The notes under the pieces: model-generated | The model's database searches: none | The model's input: the letters and a program-made list of their open reading frames with translations, nothing else | What the model was told of the DNA's origin: nothing | Source of the DNA: Methanobacteriota archaeon | Lineage (GTDB): Archaea; Methanobacteriota_B; Thermococci; Methanofastidiosales; B48-G16 | Length of the DNA stretch: 47,078 nucleotides | Direction: 5' to 3' | NCBI GenBank assembly: GCA_034659995.1 | Contig: JAYEIH010000085.1 | Location: forward strand, 1-47,078 | Program-made: the position numbers and the translations under genes | Part shown: piece after piece, positions 17,111-26,668 of the stretch | Position numbering within the stretch: the first letter of the stretch is position 1 | How the letters are laid out: each line of letters opens with the position of its first letter

Positions 17111-17216
17111 CAAGAAAATTGCTTAGCTCGTATAAAAAATTTTACCAGTAAAAATATGCGGGGCGAAAATGAGCTTATTGCGGTAAGGTCATTCTCTCAC
17201 GCACGAACGTAGTGAG

Positions 17217-18026
<810 letters not shown>

Positions 18027-18030
<4 letters not shown>

Positions 18031-18419
18031 ATTCTTCTTCCTCTCTTCCCACCTTTGGGTCGTGTCCCGTCATGGGGTATTGGCGTAACATCCTCTATTC
18101 GTCCTATCTTCATCCTTGCCCGAGATAATGATCGTATGGCTGCCTGTGCACCCGGACCGGGATTCTTACTCTTATTTCCGCCCGGTGCTCTAACTTTTAT
18201 GTGAACTCCTATGATTCCCTTTTCTTGAGCTCGTTCTGCTGCAATTGCTGCCGCTTTCATTGCAGCATATGGTGAAGACTCCTCTCTATCACTCCTCACC
18301 ACCATGCCACCGGAAACTCTCGTAATTGTTTCCGCACCGCTGAGATCCGTTATATGGATAATTGTGTTATTAAAAGACGCATATATATGTGCTACGCCCC
18401 ATTTTTTATCTTTTGCCAT
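18027..18419 (-). CDS. rps11: 30S ribosomal protein uS11
   Basis: [25 protein letters not shown]...; synteny uS13-uS4-uS11-RpoD. Confidence 0.95.
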
Positions 18420-18421
18420 TT

Positions 18422-18895
18422 TTACGCCTCCTTCCTTTCTATCCCTTCTTCATCGTTTTTGCTGACAAACATACCCGGACATGTGACAACTCTCTCCGCA
18501 AGGGTGATATGCCTGTGGACTATTAACTGTCGCGCTTCCCTTGGTGTTTTTGCCAGACCTTTCCGCAAGACCGAGGATTGAAGTCTCCTGTCCAAAATGT
18601 CCTGGATGGTCAGCTCCAGTATATTATCAAGATCGGCATTGTCCTTAAGCACACCCAGCCTCTGAAGCTTCTGGATCAGTTCTCGTTCCTCTTTTTTTGC
18701 TTCTTTTCCGCTGGAGGCCAGAAGAACTCTTGCCTGTCTTCTAAACTTTCTCAGCCTCGATTCGGCTTTCCAGATCTCCCGCTTATTCTTTAATCCGTAC
18801 TTCCTTAAAAGTTCATCTTCCTGCTCCATTCTATTTTTCTGCCAAGGATGGTGAGGGGTCTCATACTTTTTCCTTGAAGACTTTGGATCTCCCAT
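18422..18895 (-). CDS. rps4: 30S ribosomal protein uS4
   Basis: [43 protein letters not shown]...; archaeal S4 N-terminus and synteny. Confidence 0.95.
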   Translation of the reverse strand: MGDPKSSRKKYETPHHPWQKNRMEQEDELLRKYGLKNKREIWKAESRLRKFRRQARVLLASSGKEAKKEERELIQKLQRLGVLKDNADLDNILELTIQDILDRRLQSSVLRKGLAKTPREARQLIVHRHITLAERVVTCPGMFVSKNDEEGIERKEA

Positions 18896-18919
18896 TACAT
18901 CACCCTAAATCTTTGATAC

Positions 18920-18975
18920 ACACGAAACTTAAAAAAATTTCGTGTTCGGAATACAAAAGTCTTTAACTTTTGTAT
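18920..18975 (-). promoter_or_regulatory. Two perfect hairpins in the uS13-uS4 spacer
   Basis: Hairpin 1 is 18920-18945, ACACGAAA/TTTCGTGT (8 bp), with a loop holding a T7 run on the transcribed strand. Hairpin 2 is 18951-18975, ATACAAAAGT/ACTTTTGTAT (10 bp, 5-nt loop). Function unknown; an attenuator, processing site or protein-binding site are all possible. Confidence 0.35.
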
Positions 18976-19020
18976 GTTTTGTTTTAGGTGTTTACGTAAG
19001 AATTTTTCAAATTGTGACAT

Positions 19021-19503
19021 TTAATCACGCTCTTTTCTCAGTTTTTCTCTTTGCTTCTTTATTTTCTTTCGACTCACGCCTATGGAACCTCCTGTTCTAA
19101 AGCTTGACTTTGTCTTTTGTCCTCTGACAGGAAGCCCAAGCCCATGTCTGATACCTCTGTATGAGCTAATATTCTTAAGCCTATTAATATCCTCCCTCTT
19201 TGCCATTGTAAGCTCTGCCTCAATCACATGCTTATCTTCTCCGGTTCTATAATCTCTTCTTCTGTTCAACATCCACGAGGGGATATTAATCTCTTTTGGA
19301 TTGTCCAGTGCTTTTCGTATTTTTTCAATATCCGCATCCTCAAGATTACCAAGCTTTGCATCCGGGTCTATCTTCAGAACACGAACTACACTCTGGGATA
19401 TATTTGACCCTACACCTTTTAATTTTGTTAAGGCTATCTCTACCTTTTTGTTACCATCCAAATCCACGCCTGCTACACGAATTATGTGTCTGAACTCACT
19501 CAT
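19021..19503 (-). CDS. rps13: 30S ribosomal protein uS13
   Basis: MSEFRHIIRVAGVDLDGNKKVEIALTKLKGVG...; synteny. Confidence 0.95.
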   Translation of the reverse strand: MSEFRHIIRVAGVDLDGNKKVEIALTKLKGVGSNISQSVVRVLKIDPDAKLGNLEDADIEKIRKALDNPKEINIPSWMLNRRRDYRTGEDKHVIEAELTMAKREDINRLKNISSYRGIRHGLGLPVRGQKTKSSFRTGGSIGVSRKKIKKQREKLRKERD

Positions 19504-19540
19504 ATGATCTCACCTACATAACTTTTTTTTGTATGTACAG

Positions 19541-19625
19541 CGCCGGGGAAGGGATTTGAACCCTCGTTCTCCAAAGGAGAACGAGCTCTCCAGGCTCGCG
19601 CCTTTCCAGTCTCGGCAACCCCGGC
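19541..19625 (-). tRNA. tRNA-Ser (anticodon GGA), type II, no encoded CCA
   Basis: Sequence GCCGGGGTTGCCGAGACTGGAAAGGCGCGAGCCTGGAGAGCTCGTTCTCCTTTGGAGAACGAGGGTTCAAATCCCTTCCCCGGCG. Acceptor GCCGGGG/CCCCGGC, anticodon stem CGAGC/GCTCG with loop CTGGAGA, a 6-bp variable-arm stem, and discriminator G. Confidence 0.9.
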
Positions 19626-19630
19626 ATCTC

Positions 19631-20545
19631 TTATTTTTTCCAAACTTGGGGGTATATGCCCCGTTCCATAAGCACTCTATTTGTTACTACAGCAACAGCT
19701 TCCTTCTCCATCATCTCTCTGGAACCTACTGTCGCCTTTCCCAGTGCTACCAACTCATTTTTAAGCGTCATAATGGCAACCTGATCGCCCGAATGAATGG
19801 TTTCACATCTTTTAACTCCGACCGTCATCAGATCGGCACCATGACAGATTGCATCTACCGCTGTATCTTTAATCCATACCCTTGGTATATTTATACCTTC
19901 CTCTATCGGACGCACACATCTCCTGATCTCATCCTCTGTACCGCACTTCTTCCAAAACACATATGCATCCAAGAGGTCCTGGAGTGTCACCGTTTCCTCT
20001 TCAGTGAAACCCGCTACCATCGTTCTCCGAAGGTCTTCCATATTCGCTCCGGTTCCGAGTGTTTCGCCGATATCGTAGCACAACTTTCTGATATACGTCC
20101 CTGCCTCACATTTCACTCGCATAAGGACATTTTTTCCTTCTATCTCCAGTATATCTATACTCTTTATTTCTTTTATTCTTACTCTTCTTTTCACAGCTGA
20201 CTTGAGAGGGGGCTTCTGATATATCTTTCCTGTAAATTCCTTGCATACGCTTCGGAGCTTTTTTTCGGATACGGAATTGTGGAGACGCATTGCACATACA
20301 TACTCTTTGTCCGACTCAAGCATCAGTTTCAGGACTTTTGTGGCCTTCTTTGTTGCCACGAGCAGCACGCCCGTTACATGGGGGTCAAGAGTCCCTGAGT
20401 GTCCTGCTCTATCTATTTCCAGTATATCCTTTATCCACGCAACTATCTCATGGGATGTGGGCCCCAGAGGCTTATCAAGAATGATCAGGCCTTTATTTAT
20501 AAGCTCTTCCACTGTTCTATCTTTGGGACCCGTACCGTACTTCAT
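19631..20545 (-). CDS. cbf5: tRNA/rRNA pseudouridine synthase Cbf5 (TruB family, H/ACA RNP catalytic subunit) with a PUA domain
   Basis: LIILDKPLGPTSHEIVAWIKDIL...AGHSGTLDPHVTGVLLVATKKATK holds the TruB catalytic Asp motif. The C-terminal PUA domain reads IWIKDTAVDAICHGADL. Confidence 0.93.
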   Translation of the reverse strand: MKYGTGPKDRTVEELINKGLIILDKPLGPTSHEIVAWIKDILEIDRAGHSGTLDPHVTGVLLVATKKATKVLKLMLESDKEYVCAMRLHNSVSEKKLRSVCKEFTGKIYQKPPLKSAVKRRVRIKEIKSIDILEIEGKNVLMRVKCEAGTYIRKLCYDIGETLGTGANMEDLRRTMVAGFTEEETVTLQDLLDAYVFWKKCGTEDEIRRCVRPIEEGINIPRVWIKDTAVDAICHGADLMTVGVKRCETIHSGDQVAIMTLKNELVALGKATVGSREMMEKEAVAVVTNRVLMERGIYPQVWKK

Positions 20546-20550
20546 AAAAA

Positions 20551-20766
20551 CTAACTCATTGCCCTCTTGACCTCTTCGTCCGAGATATCCTTTTCTATTT
20601 CCTTCAGTTCGGGATGAAACTCAAGATGCTTTATATTGCACTTTCTTCTTTTAACATTCGGGCCTGAAATTAAAACATAGGTTTCATCTATGACATCAAT
20701 CACCATACATCTATTTCCTGCTTCTCTTCCTGCTAATTTAGTACAGATTCTTCCAATTTCTACCAT
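20551..20766 (-). CDS. rpl14e: 50S ribosomal protein eL14 (L14e)
   Basis: [53 protein letters not shown] 20766 is M19 of the track ORF and lies just after the cmk stop. Confidence 0.88.
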   Translation of the reverse strand: MVEIGRICTKLAGREAGNRCMVIDVIDETYVLISGPNVKRRKCNIKHLEFHPELKEIEKDISDEEVKRAMS

Positions 20767-21284
20767 TTTTTCACCTTGATCGCCTTTTCTATTATTTTGA
20801 AAACTCCTGCAGGTACCCATTTTTCCGTATTGATTACCAGATCATACGGGGAGAGATCATCCATATCTATTTTATAAAACTTCTTGTACCTCTTTTTTTC
20901 ACTTTTTTCTCTCTCTCTTATCTCTTTTTTGCTTTTTTTGAGGTTCTTTTTTTCTCTTCCGCCAACTCTCTTGGCCCGAACATCAATGGAGGCTGTAAGC
21001 CATACCTTCAGCTCAGCATCAACAAAGTGTGCCGCCATTCTCCCTTCGACAACACAGTTCTCATACCGCTCCGAGAGTTTTTTCTGTTTTTCATCTATCA
21101 GTCTATCAATCTCTTCATCCTTCTCGGCAAGATCACTGAACTCTTTCAGGCTCATTCCCTTGTTCTTTGCAAGATCGCGGAAGATCATTCCGGCATATAT
21201 ATGCTTGTATCCCAGATTTCTTTCTATGAGTCGTGCCGATGTTGTTGTACCGCTTCCCGGAAGCCCGCCTATTGCGATCTTCAT
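20760..21284 (-). CDS. cmk: Cytidylate kinase, archaeal type
   Basis: [49 protein letters not shown] has a P-loop and the archaeal Cmk pattern. Synteny eL34-Cmk-eL14-Cbf5. Confidence 0.88.
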   Translation of the reverse strand: MKIAIGGLPGSGTTTSARLIERNLGYKHIYAGMIFRDLAKNKGMSLKEFSDLAEKDEEIDRLIDEKQKKLSERYENCVVEGRMAAHFVDAELKVWLTASIDVRAKRVGGREKKNLKKSKKEIREREKSEKKRYKKFYKIDMDDLSPYDLVINTEKWVPAGVFKIIEKAIKVKKW

Positions 21285-21550
21285 AGCTTCACTCTTACTT
21301 TTTCCTTAATAAGCTTTCTCATGCAACTGGAGCATAAATAGCCACCATAAGGCCTCACCGGCCTTTTTTTGCTTTTACTGAGCTTTTTTATCTCATTTGG
21401 AGTCCCTCGAGAAACACCGTGAAGCTCCGCTCCACACTCTGCGCATACACGTTTACTGTGCTTTTTCTTCTTAAAATGAACGACTGCCCTTTTTCCTGGC
21501 GTTTTTACAGATTTTCTTTTTAATGATCGCGATCGATACATTCCTCTCAT
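21281..21550 (-). CDS. rpl34e: 50S ribosomal protein eL34 (L34e)
   Basis: [42 protein letters not shown] is the L34e zinc-ribbon motif. Confidence 0.9.
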   Translation of the reverse strand: MRGMYRSRSLKRKSVKTPGKRAVVHFKKKKHSKRVCAECGAELHGVSRGTPNEIKKLSKSKKRPVRPYGGYLCSSCMRKLIKEKVRVKL

Positions 21551-21559
21551 CTTATCACC

Positions 21560-22174
21560 TCATACCATATTCAGGAGTTTTCTTGAGAACTGCCCAAATG
21601 TCATTGCACAAAGAAAGTACAGACCATATGCCCCAAGATGGTTTGCAGCCATGTCACCGTGGAAAAATCCAAAGAACCATCCTATTACAGGAAGGTCAAA
21701 GAAATTAAAAGGCATCTGGAGTATTGGTACGCCGTACGCTCCCGTTTGTCTGAACCATGCAAAGAAAATGAATATTAAAGGCATTGTAAGAAGCATTGGC
21801 TTCATGGTCTTGGATGTCATCTTTGCGTTCAAACTATTTATCCTTTTCTGCTGTACCTCTAATTTCCGTACTATTTTTTTATTTCCCTGTCTTTTGGCTT
21901 TCATCAGCTTACTTCTGAAATCCGATACCTCTTTTCTGATCTTTTTTATCTCGTCATAGTCCACAAAATAATAGTTTACAATGGTTATAAAGAAGGAGAC
22001 CATCGCGGCAACAAGAACAATTCCAAGTATATACTCCGTGTATATCTTCATTTCCGTTCCTTTTTCAACAAAGAACCCTGCGTTTTCCTGCGGAGGAAAA
22101 AATCCTCCGAAAATCGAGTTAAAGATTCCATAAAACGGTTCCGTTATCGTATTTATTATTCCCATATTACTCAC
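21560..22174 (-). CDS. DUF106 membrane protein (archaeal YidC/Oxa1/EMC3-like insertase family)
   Basis: 204 aa and three TM segments. The basic coiled coil KIRKEVSDFRSKLMKAKRQGNKKIVRKLEVQQKRINSLNAKM lies between TM1 and TM2. The position directly after secY is the conserved one. Confidence 0.75.
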   Translation of the reverse strand: MSNMGIINTITEPFYGIFNSIFGGFFPPQENAGFFVEKGTEMKIYTEYILGIVLVAAMVSFFITIVNYYFVDYDEIKKIRKEVSDFRSKLMKAKRQGNKKIVRKLEVQQKRINSLNAKMTSKTMKPMLLTMPLIFIFFAWFRQTGAYGVPILQMPFNFFDLPVIGWFFGFFHGDMAANHLGAYGLYFLCAMTFGQFSRKLLNMV

Positions 22175-23528
22175 TCCCTATAAATCTTCTAAGTGCGGGG
22201 AACATCTCACCCATCTGTTCTTTCATTAACTCCTCATACAGTCTCTGCAATATGCTAACTGTCAGTAAAATTCCTGTTCCTGTTCCTACAGCTCCGGTAA
22301 AATCGGCAAAAACAGCTATTAGACCCACTGTCGCTCCACCCATCACCGTAACCTGCGGTATATATCTGGAAAGAACCTTCCTTAAAATTCGTGGGTCTTT
22401 TCTGAAACCGGGAATCTGCATTCCCGAACGCTGCAGCTTCTTGGCCACGGCATCCGGCCCCATCTGAGTCAGTTCTATCCATAATACGGCAAAGAACATG
22501 GACAGCATAACCACAGCCAAAAGATAGAACAGTGCCTGAAATGGTTCCCCTGCAAGATATTTCAGGCCCCTGGGAGGACTGATGTACTTTACCAATCCGG
22601 AAACAGCTGTGTTACCAGAGAATGTGCCGAGCCATGTTATACCTCTGGTGTTCAGTATACGTGCCATGATATTTACATTGGCAAACATTGCCATTGTCAG
22701 GATGACAGGAATGTTGGATGCATAGATGAATCTAATGGGATATCTCCCCCTGATGCCTTTGAACTTCCCATAGGAAAGAGGTATCTCTACTCTAATTGAA
22801 ACCACGTAAACCACTATAAAAAACACAAGGATGGTAAAGAGCACCTGATCCATACCTGCCAGACCCTCCCTTGTCAACATAGGGTTTCCTCCAATAAATG
22901 ATTTGATAAACTGAGAGATTGCACCTATCATCTGTCCGGGCATCTGCTCGCTGGGGAGGAAACTGAGACTTCTCCACATTACCTGTGCGGAGACCCTTCC
23001 GGCAATAAATAGCGAGACGCCGGATCCGAATCCCCATTTTGTAATGACCTCATCCATAACCATTATTAAAACTCCGCCGAGTGCCATCTGAAATATGACA
23101 ACATATAGCATTGATCCCTGCGCCATTTTCTGTCCACTCGCCATGGAAAAGGCTTCGAAAACACAGAGAAAGATAGTCAGAAGTTTCTGTGTTCCCTGAA
23201 AAGTTTTCTTATCTTCGTGCGTTGTCATATCAAGATCAATAAGATCGGAGCCAACCAGAAGCTGCATCACAATTCCCGCTGTAACAATAGGGCCTATACC
23301 AAGATGAAGTATACTCCCACTGTTTCCTGCAAGAACTACTCTCAGCCCTGCAAGCCAGTCCGCCCTTTGTTCAACCACTCCATAGAGTGGTATCTGTGCA
23401 AGTCCAAAGTAGACGCTTAAAGCTACCACTGACCACATGATTTTTTCTTTAAAGGGAATTCGCCTTTTTGGCGAACGAACCTCCGGGATAAACCTAAACA
23501 AAGGAGAAAGCATCTCTAACTTAGACAT
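22167..23528 (-). CDS. secY: Preprotein translocase subunit SecY
   Basis: 453 aa and polytopic. FKEKIMWSVVALSVYFGLAQIPLYG...GIGPIVTAGIVMQLL; follows uL15. Confidence 0.95.
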   Translation of the reverse strand: MSKLEMLSPLFRFIPEVRSPKRRIPFKEKIMWSVVALSVYFGLAQIPLYGVVEQRADWLAGLRVVLAGNSGSILHLGIGPIVTAGIVMQLLVGSDLIDLDMTTHEDKKTFQGTQKLLTIFLCVFEAFSMASGQKMAQGSMLYVVIFQMALGGVLIMVMDEVITKWGFGSGVSLFIAGRVSAQVMWRSLSFLPSEQMPGQMIGAISQFIKSFIGGNPMLTREGLAGMDQVLFTILVFFIVVYVVSIRVEIPLSYGKFKGIRGRYPIRFIYASNIPVILTMAMFANVNIMARILNTRGITWLGTFSGNTAVSGLVKYISPPRGLKYLAGEPFQALFYLLAVVMLSMFFAVLWIELTQMGPDAVAKKLQRSGMQIPGFRKDPRILRKVLSRYIPQVTVMGGATVGLIAVFADFTGAVGTGTGILLTVSILQRLYEELMKEQMGEMFPALRRFIGSE

Positions 23529-23955
23529 TTATTGCCTCCCCTCCTCTCTCTTCAAGCTTTATCTTTGCTTTCGCGGAGAAATCGTCTGCTTTTACAGAGA
23601 ACTCTTTTGTAAGGCTTCCTCTTCCCAGTACTTTGGAGACTCCAAGTTTTGATGCATCTACCACTATTTTACTACCCTTTTTAAAGGCTACACCTTCCTT
23701 CAGAAGTGTTTCGAGATTATCATTAAGATAACGGAGATTAATTACGGGTTTCTCCTTTTTCAGATTCTGAGGCCTTTTGAAGCCGCGGCTGCCAACCTCA
23801 TGTAGCGCGGGATTATACTTATGTTTACTTCTCTTTCCTGTTCCTGCATTACCCCTTCCGCCTTTGTGGCCTGCACCCTTCCTATTTTTGGATGATCCGC
23901 CGCCGCAGCGCCTTGTACCTCTTTTTTTATAAGTTTTTTTGTTTTTTCTTTCCAT
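23521..23955 (-). CDS. rpl15: 50S ribosomal protein uL15
   Basis: KKRGTRRCGGGSSKNRKGAGHKGGRGNAGTGKRSKHK is the Gly/Arg-rich uL15 N-terminus; synteny. Confidence 0.93.
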   Translation of the reverse strand: MERKNKKTYKKRGTRRCGGGSSKNRKGAGHKGGRGNAGTGKRSKHKYNPALHEVGSRGFKRPQNLKKEKPVINLRYLNDNLETLLKEGVAFKKGSKIVVDASKLGVSKVLGRGSLTKEFSVKADDFSAKAKIKLEERGGEAINV

Positions 23956-23963
23956 GTGACCAC

Positions 23964-24434
23964 TTAAATAATCCTTGTGAGCAAAGAAATTATGTTTTTT
24001 CCTCTATATCCTGAGGATCCTCCCTGTTCATATCCCAATCTAACTTTCCTATAGCCCTTTGAGGGAGGATGCAATCTAAAAACTTTTTTTATTCCAATAT
24101 CATCAAAATTCATCTCTGACTCAAAAAACCTATCGATGAAATCATCCGCTATTTTTCCAGTTCTTTCCTTTATATACTTTTCATCAATTCTCTTATTTCC
24201 CGGAGCTCTCCCCCATTTCAAAAGGAGTTTCTTGAAGGTTTCCTTATCGATCTCTCCAAATGTTACATAATCCTTTACCTTCTGCAGCATGCCCCGGTAA
24301 CTCTCAGTATCCTCAAGGATTGTACAGTAATGCGGTCTTTCAAGACGAAGCATCTTCAAGGTATCCTTTATCTCTCTTTTCAGATTTACAGTTCCTCTGA
24401 TTCGTATCACTGCAATTTTACTCATCGGGCTCAC
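23964..24434 (-). CDS. rpl30: 50S ribosomal protein uL30
   Basis: KIAVIRIRGTVNLKREIKDTLKMLRLERPHYCTIL. The start may be M4 at 24425. Confidence 0.92.
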   Translation of the reverse strand: MSPMSKIAVIRIRGTVNLKREIKDTLKMLRLERPHYCTILEDTESYRGMLQKVKDYVTFGEIDKETFKKLLLKWGRAPGNKRIDEKYIKERTGKIADDFIDRFFESEMNFDDIGIKKVFRLHPPSKGYRKVRLGYEQGGSSGYRGKNIISLLTRII

Positions 24435-25122
24435 CCTCCTCTTTCTCCGATTTTTTAGATCTGGATTTTGCGGTACCGTCAGCTATGCCGAGCCTTCTGG
24501 AATGTCTTTCCTGATAACTCATATTACCTAGATTTATAATACAGTTAAAGATCGCCTTTGCAAGATTAATCGTTGTCTGAGTCCGCCCAAATGCCTGTGA
24601 CCAGATATCCGTAATCCCCGCAAGCTTCATTATTTTTTTGCCAACATCCCCTATGGCAAGTCCCAGTCCTCTAGGCGCTGGAAACAGTGTAACCTTAACA
24701 GTTGAAGATTTGCCGCTAACTTTAAATGGAATGGAATGTGCTGCGCCGCAGCCGCACTCCCATGACCCGCAGCCCCTTTTTACAGTTGTTAAATGAAGCT
24801 TTGCATCGTCCATCGAACTCCTGATCGCCGTTCCAACCTCGCCGGCCTTTGCCTGTCCCAGACCTACGATGCCGTCCTTGTTTCCCACTGCGGAGATAAC
24901 GTTAAACTTCACCCTTCTGCCTGAGTCTGTCATCCTCTGTACCATATTAATATCAAGGATCTCCTGGTTATCCCTACTTGTCAGCACGGGGAGAAGGGTA
25001 TCAACAATTTTTGATTCTTTGATAAGAAGTCCCTTTGAGAGTATCTCTTCTATATCTGTGATCTCTCCATTCTTTACCTTTCTGCCAAGGCCTGTCTTTG
25101 GTACCCACTTTTGCCTTCTCAT
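24418..25122 (-). CDS. rps5: 30S ribosomal protein uS5
   Basis: ...VQRMTDSGRRVKFNVISAVGNKDGIVGLGQAKAGEVGTAIR...FPAPRGLGLAIG; synteny. Confidence 0.94.
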   Translation of the reverse strand: MRRQKWVPKTGLGRKVKNGEITDIEEILSKGLLIKESKIVDTLLPVLTSRDNQEILDINMVQRMTDSGRRVKFNVISAVGNKDGIVGLGQAKAGEVGTAIRSSMDDAKLHLTTVKRGCGSWECGCGAAHSIPFKVSGKSSTVKVTLFPAPRGLGLAIGDVGKKIMKLAGITDIWSQAFGRTQTTINLAKAIFNCIINLGNMSYQERHSRRLGIADGTAKSRSKKSEKEEGEPDE

Positions 25123-25682
25123 TTAATCTCCTCTACTTTGTTCTTGATCTCATCAAAATGATCTGGAAGTTCCTCGGGTTTTAACCCTCTTGCGATATAG
25201 CCGCCAAACTGCTTAGAGTACGTTTCCTTATCAAGGTGGGAGGCATACTCTGCTATATGTTCTCCTCGTATCCTTTTTTTATCAGGAAGCACATTTTTAT
25301 TGTGAGGTACATCAATTCCCGCATCTATCATTCCCTTGAGAGCGGCAAAAATATTTGCTCCTTTGGTAGAGGATTTAAGACCAATATCCGCTATAATTCC
25401 ATCTGTGCCCTCTTTTTTAATCTTATATCCGCAAAGTAACCCCGTCAGATAAGCAGCGGTGCAGTTACCACAGTGCCCTTTATATCCAAGCTCTTCAAGT
25501 TCCTTGGAGTGCGCTGAGACCAAAGTTCTGTCTCCTTCCTTTTCCGGTCGTATAACCTGAACCTTCATATGATTCAAGGAGGGCCTGATCACCAGTCTAT
25601 CTTTTCCTGACATCACCAGTTTATACCGCTGATCATAATCCGTTATTCCCAGTTTTCTCCTTTTTAAAATCATTCTTTTCAT
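25119..25682 (-). CDS. rpl18: 50S ribosomal protein uL18
   Basis: MKRMILKRRKLGITDYDQRYKLVMSGKDRLVIRPSLNHMKVQVI. ATG 25682 is preceded by GGTGAT; the track ORF extends to 25706. Confidence 0.92.
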   Translation of the reverse strand: MKRMILKRRKLGITDYDQRYKLVMSGKDRLVIRPSLNHMKVQVIRPEKEGDRTLVSAHSKELEELGYKGHCGNCTAAYLTGLLCGYKIKKEGTDGIIADIGLKSSTKGANIFAALKGMIDAGIDVPHNKNVLPDKKRIRGEHIAEYASHLDKETYSKQFGGYIARGLKPEELPDHFDEIKNKVEEIK

Positions 25683-25686
25683 TCGA

Positions 25687-26136
25687 TCACCGCTCTGCAT
25701 ATCCATGGTCAGTTATATACGATTCCATGTGCGAAACGTTCCTGAACGCTCCACTTCCTGCCATTTTGTAAAGTTTCCGGTAATATGTAGGGTCTAATTT
25801 CTTATGTTCCTTTAACTCCTTGAGTTTTCTTCTTAAAGGTCGTATCTTATTTATCCATGCCCTTTTTTTATTCAATCTCGCTGTTTTTTTCCCTTTTCTT
25901 TTCCCTGATCCTCTTCGTCTTCCGAGTTTTCTTTTTTTGTGAAGCTCTCTTGCTCTGCCTCTACTTGTGGATGCTTTCGGCTTCTTTTTTATTACATCAT
26001 TTTTTATCAGATTTCTGATATCCACTCTTGTTATGGCCATGGATACTCTCTCATCCTCATCGGGATCTACCCAGACTCTATGAATACCACATCCAAGAAT
26101 TTCGGCTGCAAGTCTCTTCTGTACTTTTACATTCAT
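25687..26136 (-). CDS. rpl19e: 50S ribosomal protein eL19 (L19e)
   Basis: MNVKVQKRLAAEILGCGIHRVWVDP. ATG 26136 is preceded by AGGAGTGA; the track ORF begins at GTG 26145. Confidence 0.92.
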   Translation of the reverse strand: MNVKVQKRLAAEILGCGIHRVWVDPDEDERVSMAITRVDIRNLIKNDVIKKKPKASTSRGRARELHKKRKLGRRRGSGKRKGKKTARLNKKRAWINKIRPLRRKLKELKEHKKLDPTYYRKLYKMAGSGAFRNVSHMESYITDHGYAER

Positions 26137-26141
26137 AAAAA

Positions 26142-26666
26142 TCACTCCTGAAATTCAATTTCGAGCTCTTCAGCTTTTTCCTCTACTTTTTCTCTCTCTT
26201 CATCTATCAATTTTTTGGAAATGATAAAACGTTGAACATGATCCTTAATTACCATATTATCTGTCATATCCTCTTCACTGCTTACCTTGACAAACTTTAT
26301 TGTGGGATTTAAAAGCTTCAGATCCTTTTCAACTGCTTTTTTAAGAATTTCAATCTTCTTTTTTATCCCTACTTTCCCTATTCTGACAGCAACATTCTCA
26401 AGACCTTCCAAATCCTTCGTGTTATGGACAAGCACCTCCGGAAGACCGCTGGGATGGTACCCTCTCACATCTTTGGGACCTCTGTAACCTATTTTCACAA
26501 TTGGTGGTTTCCCTTTAAGCTCCCGTCTCATCCTTGATGAGTGTCCTCTTGGTTTTCTCCATGTTGGATTATTCTTGAATTTTATATGTTTCCATGTCTC
26601 CTGTCTCACGAACTCAGGTTTCTTTCTCTTTTTTTTCTCCTTTACTCTCAATAATCGCTTATTCAT
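26142..26666 (-). CDS. rpl32e: 50S ribosomal protein eL32 (L32e) with an acidic C-terminal extension
   Basis: KPEFVRQETWKHIKFKNNPTWRKPRGHSSRMRRELKGKPPIVKIGYRGPKDVRGYHPSGL is the L32e core. About 50 extra C-terminal residues end EEKAEELEIEFQE. Confidence 0.9.
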   Translation of the reverse strand: MNKRLLRVKEKKKRKKPEFVRQETWKHIKFKNNPTWRKPRGHSSRMRRELKGKPPIVKIGYRGPKDVRGYHPSGLPEVLVHNTKDLEGLENVAVRIGKVGIKKKIEILKKAVEKDLKLLNPTIKFVKVSSEEDMTDNMVIKDHVQRFIISKKLIDEEREKVEEKAEELEIEFQE

Positions 26667-26668
26667 CT

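Noticed and set aside
14806-17164. ATATGCGGGG(G)C at 14806-14817 and 17154-17164, plus TGCGGGGG at the tRNA-Leu 3' end (17217-17224), considered as attL/attR direct repeats
   Set aside because: The repeats are only 10-12 nt long. Hundreds of 11-mer coincidences are expected by chance in 47 kb, and they do not extend into the tRNA T-arm as real att sites do.
19529-20200. 223-aa plus-strand ORF
   Set aside because: It starts inside the tRNA-Ser gene and runs antisense to cbf5, with no recognisable motif.
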